A stretch of 15,054 nt of DNA from an uncultured archaeon (GCA_964426185.1 CAYRPF010000058.1:5349-20402), one strand, 5' to 3'. Shown: positions 7,185 through 15,035, counted from the first letter of the stretch. Notes: generated from the letters alone by a model not told the origin. Numbers and translations are program-made.

Positions 7185-8720
7185 TTACAAATCTGTCAAA
7201 ATAGTGTAATGTTTCCAATTTTCAACCCATGATTTACGTAGATCGATTTCTAATATTTTGGCATCAATATCGCGCTTTCCATAGCTAGAGCTAGAAAAAA
7301 TACTGAACATTCGATCTTGGAAATATTCTTTATGACCATCCAAAAAGACTTCATGCGAACGAATAACTCGATCTACGTTGTTGATCTCTAAAAATTTCTC
7401 AAAAATTTCCTTACCAAAACTGTAACCTACGCCTCGACGGCTAGGTAGGTAATATTCACCGGGTGGCATTTTCTCTTCAGGATCACCCCATAAAATTTGT
7501 TTTGAAAGAAGATCCATTTCTTCCACGGTTGAAAATGAGGGAGATAGAACCACAGAACCATCCGAAATCTTAGGAATTTTCGGCATAACTTCATAATCTT
7601 CCGGATAAAAGGGAATACCACCATGTAACGCAAGAATACTCTTTTCTGGGGTTTGGGTTATATGACCCAAAGGTAAATTAATGAAAGTATATTCAAAATC
7701 GTTAAATAGATAAGAATTCGGGAGATATTTATTTATATTTGCCCAAAACCCGTATTGCATGTTGATAGTAACTTCTTCATGATTACCACGTAAAAGACGA
7801 ATATTTTGGGGAAACTGTAGCGCAAAACTGAAAAGATAGAGCAAATTGTGAATATCCATTTCATGTCGATCTACATAATCTCCCAAAAATACAACCAGAA
7901 CATGATAATCTTCCTTTAAAGATAACTCAATTTCCTTTACAAAGAATTTAATGCATTGATCTAAATCAAATATGGAGCCGTGAGTATCTCCAACATAAAA
8001 TACCTTTCCATTTTCGAGATGATCGATAACAGGTAATCCTGGATTTAGTATATCTGGATTGAGAAGATAAAGATTAATTTCTTCCAGTAAACCTTTAATT
8101 TTTGAAACTTTCTTATCATCCCCTAGATAGGAAGTGGGATCGTAGATTTGCCGATCGATGAAGTAGTATTTCCAAAATTCATCAGCATGAGGTGTTTCTA
8201 ATTTCTCGCCGCAGGGCCAAGTGGTTTTACGGGTAAAATAATCACTAGGCACTGTTTTCAGAGAGTCAATAGGTGCTACAGATTGAAGATCTTCAGCTTC
8301 TTGCATAGCTTTTTCTTCAGCACGGAGTTTCTGAAGTTTTTCTAAAAATTCACGCTCTGTAGAAATCTCTGATTCCTTTTCTGTTTTAAAGCGGCTGAAG
8401 ATTTCTTCGCTTAGTTCAGTTATATCCTCGGTTAGATTGCGTATTTGGAGTGGAGTTTTATCGCGATTACAAATTAATTTACCCAATTCGAATAATGGCC
8501 GCTTTTCCCGAGGGATTTCAAGATTTGCAATATCTAAACTATCATAATATCGGTGACATGTGGGACAAACCATTATTGTCCTTTTTTCTTGAATTTTCAA
8601 GGAATTATGAAGACAATTTCTGCAGATCCCGCTTTCCCCTTCAAGATCTATATAATAGAAACATTCCCGACAGTTAGTACAGATATATAAGCTTTTTTGC
8701 TCATTCCCTCGATTAGTCAA
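7185..8720 (-). CDS. PPP-family Ser/Thr protein phosphatase with N-terminal double zinc ribbon and charged helical linker
   Basis: Motifs GDTHG (244-248), GDYVDR (280-285), RGNHE (311-315), HGG, ILWGDP, SRRG.G..FG, IRSHE and SIFSSSSY. The N-terminus has CTNC..CRNC and CPTC..CNRD. TTG start follows a GAGG/GAGTGA SD-like stretch, with an in-frame TAA 8 codons upstream. Confidence 0.93.
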   Translation of the reverse strand: MTNRGNEQKSLYICTNCRECFYYIDLEGESGICRNCLHNSLKIQEKRTIMVCPTCHRYYDSLDIANLEIPREKRPLFELGKLICNRDKTPLQIRNLTEDITELSEEIFSRFKTEKESEISTEREFLEKLQKLRAEEKAMQEAEDLQSVAPIDSLKTVPSDYFTRKTTWPCGEKLETPHADEFWKYYFIDRQIYDPTSYLGDDKKVSKIKGLLEEINLYLLNPDILNPGLPVIDHLENGKVFYVGDTHGSIFDLDQCIKFFVKEIELSLKEDYHVLVVFLGDYVDRHEMDIHNLLYLFSFALQFPQNIRLLRGNHEEVTINMQYGFWANINKYLPNSYLFNDFEYTFINLPLGHITQTPEKSILALHGGIPFYPEDYEVMPKIPKISDGSVVLSPSFSTVEEMDLLSKQILWGDPEEKMPPGEYYLPSRRGVGYSFGKEIFEKFLEINNVDRVIRSHEVFLDGHKEYFQDRMFSIFSSSSYGKRDIDAKILEIDLRKSWVENWKHYTILTDL

Positions 8721-8739
8721 GTCACTCGCCTCATCTTTA

Positions 8740-8763
8740 TGTTAAATTTTCATAAATTTAACA
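8740..8763. promoter_or_regulatory. Perfect 10-4-10 inverted repeat; candidate operator or hairpin upstream of the phosphatase gene
   Basis: TGTTAAATTT-TCAT-AAATTTAACA, 20-43 nt upstream of the TTG start. Confidence 0.5.
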
Positions 8764-8786
8764 ATTCGCATTTTCAGATAAAAGAA

Positions 8787-9581
8787 CTAAAAAGCATAGA
8801 GCAAACCGGACAGATTGAAAGCACTCAAAAGAATTTCAATACCAATCCATAATAATAACAGAGCAAATATTCGCTCAAGAATTGCCCCTATTCGGATAAC
8901 CTTTGCTAAAATCTTGGCATTAATTGTTCCCATGAAGGTCCCAATCACAACAAAGGGAACCATAATCCCTATTCCATAAATAACCATTAAATAAAGTGCA
9001 GTGGCGTAATCCCCTTGAACCGAGCCAATTGCTATAATAGTTGTAAATACCGGGGTAACACAGGCAATCCATGAAGAACCAGTGGAAAACCCTAAGATAA
9101 AAGCCCCTCCATATTTTGAGTAAGGAGTTTTTTCTGGAAGAACAATTTCCACATCTTTTTGGTCGTTTTCAGCAGAAAGATCTATTTCTTTTGAAGTATT
9201 TGATCCCAACGGAGAAATCCTTTCAACTACTGTAGTTTTACGAGAATTTTTCCAATTTTTTGTTAGTTTTTGAATTTCCCGATTAAAGAAGACATATATT
9301 GCCAAAAGAATAGTAACTACGCCGGCCATGATGTTTAGGATTACTCTATTGCGTAGACTCATTATACCGGCTAAAAATACGATACCAATCACCGCAAAAG
9401 TGACAGAAAATCCGATGGCATAGATAATACTCATCACAAAACTTTCCCTACGATTCTTGGCACTGGTTAAAATATAAGAAAGGAAAGCAGGAAGTAATGC
9501 TAAACTACATGGAGATATAAAAGAAACAATTCCTGCTCCGAATGAAGTAAAAAATAAGGTGATATTCGTCATTTTTCTCAA
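8787..9581 (-). CDS. ccdA: CcdA / DsbD-beta family transmembrane disulfide electron transporter
   Basis: About 6 TM segments. Motifs GIVSFISPCSLALLPAFL (C25), GFSTGSSWIACVTP (C174) and YGIGIMVPF. The start is either TTG at 9581 (overlapping the upstream TGA as TTGA) or ATG at 9572. Confidence 0.9.
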   Translation of the reverse strand: MRKMTNITLFFTSFGAGIVSFISPCSLALLPAFLSYILTSAKNRRESFVMSIIYAIGFSVTFAVIGIVFLAGIMSLRNRVILNIMAGVVTILLAIYVFFNREIQKLTKNWKNSRKTTVVERISPLGSNTSKEIDLSAENDQKDVEIVLPEKTPYSKYGGAFILGFSTGSSWIACVTPVFTTIIAIGSVQGDYATALYLMVIYGIGIMVPFVVIGTFMGTINAKILAKVIRIGAILERIFALLLLWIGIEILLSAFNLSGLLYAF

Positions 9582-10264
9582 TTCAATAAATTTTCCACAG
9601 TTTCAGTAATTTCGGATTCAGTTTGCACTCCAGTGTGGCGTGTAGATGAATCACCATCTGGACCAAGATAAACCATATGGGGAGTATATTGTGCACCGAA
9701 ATACGAAGAAAGTGAATAGTCGGTATCTTTTACCAATTTGAAATTGTAATCGTGATTAGTTGCCCATTCCGTTAATTGTTCAGATGTATCCGCAGCAGAG
9801 ACCGAAATTGCAATAACAATGACCTTATCACTTCCTAGTGCATTTACTGCAGACGATAATGCAGGAGAATGATACTGACAAGCGCTGCACTTAAGAAAAT
9901 GGAAATAAAGGATGACAACTTTTCCCGCATAATTGGAAGTTTTCAATTTTTCTCCCGTAATAGTTTCTATTGTAATCGGTGTTTTATATCCAGATGAATC
10001 GGAAGTGTCAATGATGGAATTTTGGGTGTTCTGGGTAAAATTAGGATTTATTTCCGATTGACTCGTTGGATTAGTGGTATTATTAATCAAACTTCCAATA
10101 ATAGCCACTCCGCCTGCTATTGCAATTATGAATAGCATAAATACTGCAATGGCGGGAGTTTTTTTCCTTTTGATATTTTCGTCGTAATAATGCGGGCCAC
10201 CTCCCGAATATTTTTTCTGATTAATGTTGTTTTTAGCTTTGGCTTGATATTTTGATTTTCCCAT
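9578..10264 (-). CDS. Membrane-anchored thioredoxin-like (TlpA/ResA/redoxin-type) thiol-disulfide oxidoreductase
   Basis: Basic N-terminal tail, one TM helix (IAVFMLFIIAIAGGVAIIG) and an N/S/T-rich linker. These are followed by YAGKVVILYF..KCSAC, VIVIAIS and the cis-Pro-type motif YTPHMVYL. Translationally coupled to ccdA. Confidence 0.88.
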   Translation of the reverse strand: MGKSKYQAKAKNNINQKKYSGGGPHYYDENIKRKKTPAIAVFMLFIIAIAGGVAIIGSLINNTTNPTSQSEINPNFTQNTQNSIIDTSDSSGYKTPITIETITGEKLKTSNYAGKVVILYFHFLKCSACQYHSPALSSAVNALGSDKVIVIAISVSAADTSEQLTEWATNHDYNFKLVKDTDYSLSSYFGAQYTPHMVYLGPDGDSSTRHTGVQTESEITETVENLLN

Positions 10265-10275
10265 AATAATCCCTT

Positions 10276-10635
10276 TTAAACTTTACAAACGTTGAGGATA
10301 ATAGGCTCTATTTCGAGGATTTCCACCCGTTTTTTTAAAAATCCTTTAAGCGAAAATGTTAGTGAATCCGGAAGATGAAAACGGGAGAAAAAATCTCGAG
10401 TAAATTTGAATTTAATGCCATCAAATTCTTGAATGTATAGATTTTCAAGCCGAATTTGCTTTTTTTTTCCAAGATGGATTAGAGGAGAATAGATCTGAAC
10501 GCATGGCTGCTCTTCAAGCTTGACATCAATGGAAATTTCTGAGATACATTTTTGTCTAATAAACTCCTTCAATTTTGGTGTTAAAGTGATGACAATTGGC
10601 TTATCGATCTCAGACGGCTTAATTTCCAAACTCAT
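10276..10635 (-). CDS. Small HesB/IscA-like-fold protein resembling the CC/Se-motif (seleno)protein family
   Basis: The pattern ITLTPKLKEFIRQK..ISIDV....CV....P.IHLGK...EN....EFDGIKF....LTFSLKGFL matches what I recall of that family. Cys at 30, 45 and 117; no in-frame TGA. The 11-nt gap to the next gene carries GGGA. Confidence 0.6.
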   Translation of the reverse strand: MSLEIKPSEIDKPIVITLTPKLKEFIRQKCISEISIDVKLEEQPCVQIYSPLIHLGKKKQIRLENLYIQEFDGIKFKFTRDFFSRFHLPDSLTFSLKGFLKKRVEILEIEPIILNVCKV

Positions 10636-10657
10636 GTTCTAAATAAGCGAAAGCCGT

Positions 10658-10703
10658 TATTTAAAGTTTAGCAATTTGATTGCACAACCTATATATATAT
10701 TTA
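10658..10703. promoter_or_regulatory. Divergent promoter region with back-to-back TATA boxes
   Basis: Minus-strand TTTAAATA (10658-10665) lies about 23-30 nt before the ATG at 10635. Plus-strand TATATATATATTTA (10690-10703) lies about 26-39 nt before the ATG at 10729. GCAAT-TTG-ATTGC sits between them. Confidence 0.55.
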
Positions 10704-10728
10704 TGAAGTTTTAAAAAGAATATTATTC

Positions 10729-11730
10729 ATGAAAGCAATGCAGGTAACATCTCCAAAACCGATTGAAGAACATCCGCTTCAAATGATAGAAAAAGAAATC
10801 CCAGCGCTCGAATCTAATGATATCTTGGTGAAAGTTCGAGCATGTGGAGTTTGTCATACAGATTTACATGTAACCGAGGGAGATCTTTCGCTATGCAAAT
10901 ATCCAGTTATTCCAGGTCATGAAATTGTTGGAATAGTGGAAAAACGGGGTGAAAAAGCCACCATACACGAGATAGGCTCTCGGGTGGGAGTGGCGTGGTT
11001 ATATTCTACTTGTAATTCTTGTCCCTACTGCCAGCAAGGCAAAGAAAACCTCTGTAATCACTCTAAATTTACAGGATGCTCCATAGATGGAGGATTTGCA
11101 GAATATATTGCGGTGAATGAATCATATGCTTATCAACTGCCTGAAAAATATTCAGATCTAAACGTAGCACCCCTACTTTGTGCTGGTTTGATTGGGTATC
11201 GTTCCCTTAAACTGAGTGAATTGAAGCATGGACAACGGTTGGGTCTGTTTGGATTCGGAGCATCTGCACACATTGTGCTTCAAATTGCTCAAGCATGGAA
11301 TTGTGAAACATATGTATTCACTCGATCGAGAAACCACCAAGAACATGCGCGTTCTTTGGGTGCGACTTGGGTGGGAACACCTCATGATTCCCCTCCTTAT
11401 TTGCTTAATAGTGCCATAACTTTTGCTCCAGTGGGGGAAATTGTCCCAATTGCTTTACGTAACCTTGATAAAGGGGGAATACTGGCCATTAATGCAGTTC
11501 ATTTATCGGATATTCCTTCTCTTCCTTATGAATCCCTTTATTATGAAAGAACGATAAGAAGCGTGGCACATACAACACGTTCTGATGCCTTAGAATTCTT
11601 CAAAATTGCGGAAGAAATTGACATTCAAACAGAAATTAAAGAATACCCTCTGAGTAAAGCAAATCAAGCTTTAGAAGATTTAAAGAACAGTCGATTCTCT
11701 GGTGCTGCAGTTTTGCGTGTATCAGAATAA
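10729..11730 (+). CDS. Zinc-dependent medium-chain alcohol dehydrogenase (adh_fam_2-like subgroup)
   Basis: GVCHTDLH, PGHEIVG, structural-Zn CNSCPYC(x7)C, APLLCAGLIGYR and the Rossmann GLFGFGASAH. Confidence 0.95.
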   Translation: MKAMQVTSPKPIEEHPLQMIEKEIPALESNDILVKVRACGVCHTDLHVTEGDLSLCKYPVIPGHEIVGIVEKRGEKATIHEIGSRVGVAWLYSTCNSCPYCQQGKENLCNHSKFTGCSIDGGFAEYIAVNESYAYQLPEKYSDLNVAPLLCAGLIGYRSLKLSELKHGQRLGLFGFGASAHIVLQIAQAWNCETYVFTRSRNHQEHARSLGATWVGTPHDSPPYLLNSAITFAPVGEIVPIALRNLDKGGILAINAVHLSDIPSLPYESLYYERTIRSVAHTTRSDALEFFKIAEEIDIQTEIKEYPLSKANQALEDLKNSRFSGAAVLRVSE

Positions 11731-11806
11731 ATTAAATAAATCAAAAACCAAAAAAGAACACAATAAAATACAAAGATAACTAATGATTTAATTGTTGGAA
11801 TGAATC

Positions 11807-12841
11807 ATGTACTTTAAACGATTGCGAATTTCGGTTGGGATTTTGCTCCTAAATTTGATATTTTGGATTTTCTGTTTAATTTTCGGTGGTTGGTTGATCG
11901 TGATTTTTTCCACACTGCTGTTTTTAATTAACATAGCGCAGTTTGCGATGTTTCTTTATAATTATTTCACCATGATGGCCGGTGATTGGGAAAATTTAAC
12001 TGACACATCTGCCCTAAATTTAAAAATAGAGAAAGTTCTTATCCCTATGGCAGATGAAGTGCAGCTATCGGGATTGTTTATCCGATTAAAACATTCAGCA
12101 ACTTCTTCTGAACAGAAAAAGCAAAAACTTCCCTTGGTTATCATGCATCACGGATTATTGGGCAATAAAGAACGGTTTTTCGGATTATCACAGCCTATCG
12201 CAGCCACAGGTTATGCAGTTTTATTGGTAGATGCCCGTGGGCATGGAGAAACACGTAAAAATTACCCCGCTTTTCATGCTGATGATTGGTATATCACTAA
12301 AACCACGGGAATTTTTCCAGATTTCCATTACATCTTAAAATATGCCATTTCCCGTCCTGAAGTTGATCCATCCCGAATCACAGTTATCGGAACATCAATG
12401 GGCGGAGGATTAGCATTATCTCAAGGTATAAAGGATCCCCGGATCTCGCTGATAATTGCCCTTTCACCCTATTTCTCGTGGAAGAATTTCGAAAATGACC
12501 CCGAAAGCCATAGATGGTTTACCGAACCTTGGATGACTCGATTGTTCATCAATATACAAGTCAATGCCAAAAAAATCACTAGTTTTGACCGTCTAATTTC
12601 CCCAGAGGCGATTTTTACTCCCAAAATCGTGAAAGAACATCGAGAAAAAATTCGGGTGGTTTTTGCGCGAAATGATAAGGTCCTTCTGTATTCTGCGCAT
12701 TTTCTTCCATTGCAAACACGTTTAAAGCTTTCTCCGGAACATGTTTTAGTTCTTAATGAAGGAGATCATTATTTACGGGGACAGGAGACAATCGTAGCTT
12801 CTCAGATAATTTCTTGGTTAAATGAGAAATTTGAGAATTAA
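11807..12841 (+). CDS. Membrane-anchored alpha/beta-fold serine hydrolase
   Basis: Two N-terminal hydrophobic helices, HHG oxyanion region, DARGHG and nucleophile elbow GTSMGG. Probable Asp in RNDKV and His in GDHY. Confidence 0.9.
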   Translation: MYFKRLRISVGILLLNLIFWIFCLIFGGWLIVIFSTLLFLINIAQFAMFLYNYFTMMAGDWENLTDTSALNLKIEKVLIPMADEVQLSGLFIRLKHSATSSEQKKQKLPLVIMHHGLLGNKERFFGLSQPIAATGYAVLLVDARGHGETRKNYPAFHADDWYITKTTGIFPDFHYILKYAISRPEVDPSRITVIGTSMGGGLALSQGIKDPRISLIIALSPYFSWKNFENDPESHRWFTEPWMTRLFINIQVNAKKITSFDRLISPEAIFTPKIVKEHREKIRVVFARNDKVLLYSAHFLPLQTRLKLSPEHVLVLNEGDHYLRGQETIVASQIISWLNEKFEN

Positions 12842-12864
12842 AATAAGTTGAATTAGGGTTGATT

Positions 12865-12879
12865 AGAAGTATTTTAAAA
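12865..12879 (+). promoter_or_regulatory. BRE/TATA candidate for a leaderless dipeptidase transcript
   Basis: AGAAGTA followed by TTTTAAAA (12872-12879), 23-30 nt upstream of the ATG at 12902. No SD. Confidence 0.45.
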
Positions 12880-12901
12880 TGATTCGCTTTTTGTTCCTTA
12901 C

Positions 12902-13906
12902 ATGGAACACCAACACCAAGATACAAATTCATTACTGGAAACACTTCCAGAGACAATCTTAGGACATGTGGATACATTTGGAGCATTGAAGCACCAAAGG
13001 CGGTATTTTGCAACCGAATCATCCAACGGGATTTTAGATTATCCCCGAATGATACGCAATAATCTTAAATTTGCACTATTTGCCATTTACCCAGCCGCTT
13101 CACCCTACCAAATTTTATCTGGAATTGATGAATGGCTTCAACAAATAGATAATCCAGCAAGCCATCTATTCCATGTGAAAAACATTGAAGACTTCGAAAA
13201 AGTCAAAAAGATTGATAAAATTGGGGCAATAATGCATACTGAAGGCGCGGGGGGTTATGATTCCGAACTGAAATCGCTTCGGTTGGCCTATAAATTGGGA
13301 CTGCGAAGCACAGGCATCACTTGGGCAAACGTCAACCAATTTGGAACGGGATTTTTATTCAGGAGTGAACAGGTAGAAGATAGAGGGTTGACGGCTGAAG
13401 GAAGAAATTTCGTGCGTGAAGCACAACGATTGGGCATTACTATAGATGTATCTCATCTCAACGATCGTTCTTTTTGGGATGTAATGGAAATCACACAAAA
13501 GCCTATTATGGCATCTCATTCAAATGTACGGGCGGTATGCAATATAGGAAGAAATTTAAACGATGACCAAATCCGGACAATTTACGAAAATCATGGAGTA
13601 ATTGGCTTAAATTGGGGGACTACGTTCTTGGATCCAAAAGTTAAGGTTGAAGATTTATTTAAATCTGACCCAAAAATTGGCTTTGATGTTATTTTGAAGC
13701 ACATTAATCACATAGTATCTTTAACGGATATAAATACCATCGCTATCGGGTCGGATTATGATGGAATAAAGATTCCGGAATGTTTGAATTCTGCAGACAA
13801 AATGCCAAAATTTTACCAATATCTGCTAGATAACGGATACAGCAAACAAGATCTTGAAAAAATCACCTTTGGGAATTTTTATCGCTTATTTTCCCAAACG
13901 TGGTGA
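12902..13906 (+). CDS. Peptidase M19 (membrane/renal dipeptidase family), soluble
   Basis: GHVDT (HxD), HTEGA, GITW...N, GLT.EG..FV, IDVSHLND, ASHSN, RNL.DDQ and IGSDYDG. Confidence 0.93.
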   Translation: MEHQHQDTNSLLETLPETILGHVDTFGALKHQRRYFATESSNGILDYPRMIRNNLKFALFAIYPAASPYQILSGIDEWLQQIDNPASHLFHVKNIEDFEKVKKIDKIGAIMHTEGAGGYDSELKSLRLAYKLGLRSTGITWANVNQFGTGFLFRSEQVEDRGLTAEGRNFVREAQRLGITIDVSHLNDRSFWDVMEITQKPIMASHSNVRAVCNIGRNLNDDQIRTIYENHGVIGLNWGTTFLDPKVKVEDLFKSDPKIGFDVILKHINHIVSLTDINTIAIGSDYDGIKIPECLNSADKMPKFYQYLLDNGYSKQDLEKITFGNFYRLFSQTW

Positions 13907-13914
13907 TTTTTTTT
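13907..13914 (+). terminator. Oligo-T terminator candidate
   Basis: T8 directly after the dipeptidase TGA, between convergent genes. Confidence 0.55.
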
Positions 13915-13930
13915 AATTACAAGCGTATTA

Positions 13931-14569
13931 TTACTTCTTCAATTGCTCTGATGGTTCATACTGCATAAACCAATATTCTACGTTAGTTTTTGGAACTTGT
14001 ACTTTTTCCAAGATTTTAAAATTATGTTTTTCGTAAAAGTTCACATTTTGTAGCAATTCAGTCTCTAAATAAATCGGAAGTCCTTCTTTTTCACTCTTTG
14101 CAATAATATGGCCCAATAATTGGCTACCTAAACCATGCCCTTGTAGTTCTTTCTTAACCCCAATGGCCATTAAGTACAGATGGGGCTGAGACGCATATTT
14201 TGTATGGGCTTCATGCATATATTTTTCCAATTTAGAAAATCTTCGAATTGCTCTTATTCCAATATGTAATATTCGCTCTTGTAATCCACACAAAACGAAT
14301 TTTTGGTAAAATTCAGAAAGATTTTCAATTCGAGCCACCACTGCAACTGCTAAAACATCTCCCTTTTCATCTTCGGATAATGCAATCACTTCACCATATC
14401 TAATACCATAACGAACTATAGCGCAAAAAGGGAATATTATTCTGCGCTGACGAGTGATAGCATTTGGAAATCCATGGAGATTTGCAGGATCATCTTGAAA
14501 TATTTCCCCTAAGAAGCTTCCCGTTGTCTTTATATCTCTTTTTTCCAGCCATACTATTTTTTTTTTCAT
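13931..14569 (-). CDS. GNAT family N-acetyltransferase
   Basis: AcCoA-binding motif A HLYLMAIGV...QGHGLGSQLL, then PIYLET...NVNFYEKHNF, plus N-terminal FQDDP. Confidence 0.92.
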   Translation of the reverse strand: MKKKIVWLEKRDIKTTGSFLGEIFQDDPANLHGFPNAITRQRRIIFPFCAIVRYGIRYGEVIALSEDEKGDVLAVAVVARIENLSEFYQKFVLCGLQERILHIGIRAIRRFSKLEKYMHEAHTKYASQPHLYLMAIGVKKELQGHGLGSQLLGHIIAKSEKEGLPIYLETELLQNVNFYEKHNFKILEKVQVPKTNVEYWFMQYEPSEQLKK

Positions 14570-14682
14570 TGAATTAGCATTAAAATTCCTTGCTTATTTT
14601 TTTTTCAGATATTTGGCATACATTTTTACTTCTCATCCCTATAAAGAAATTTAGCTAATATGAAAGAGAGGATGATACTTAA

Positions 14683-15003
14683 ATGAAAAATCTATTTATT
14701 AATAAAACTGCTAATGCAGACAAATTTGGAAAAATGGTGGATCGTATTGGCGAAATTTCAGAAGTAGATAAAAAATTTATTCGAAAATCTTGTGAACGTG
14801 TTATAAATGAATGGGAAGAACGAAATAAGAAGGATTTTTCCACACTATTTCATGTAACTGAACGTGATAAACATGATGAACTTCATAAAATCACCGAGGC
14901 ATTTCAGCGATCTTTGAGTGAAAAAATTGAATCCACTTTGGTTTTAAAAAAAATCGGAACTATTGCTGAATTCTGGTTGGAAGATCTATTTTACCCATTT
15001 TAA
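14683..15003 (+). CDS. Hypothetical small alpha-helical protein
   Basis: 106-aa ORF with ATG, upstream GAGAGGA, protein-like amphipathic composition and downstream T tracts. No recognisable motif. Confidence 0.7.
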   Translation: MKNLFINKTANADKFGKMVDRIGEISEVDKKFIRKSCERVINEWEERNKKDFSTLFHVTERDKHDELHKITEAFQRSLSEKIESTLVLKKIGTIAEFWLEDLFYPF

Positions 15004-15035
15004 ATATTTATCTAAGTTTTCTGTGTATGTACAGA

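Noticed and set aside
7427-8677. ORFs 7427-7633(-) and 8450-8677(+)
   Set aside because: Alternative or antisense frames inside the phosphatase gene.
10276-10290. C-terminal VCKV as a CaaX prenylation motif
   Set aside because: The Cys is third from the end, not fourth.
11731-11806. A-rich intergenic tract as an ncRNA or repeat
   Set aside because: Low complexity, with no pairing potential or periodic unit.
11173-13022. ORFs 11173-11385(-), 11228-11419(+), 11962-12144(-) and 12753-13022(-)
   Set aside because: They overlap well-supported enzyme genes and have no motifs.
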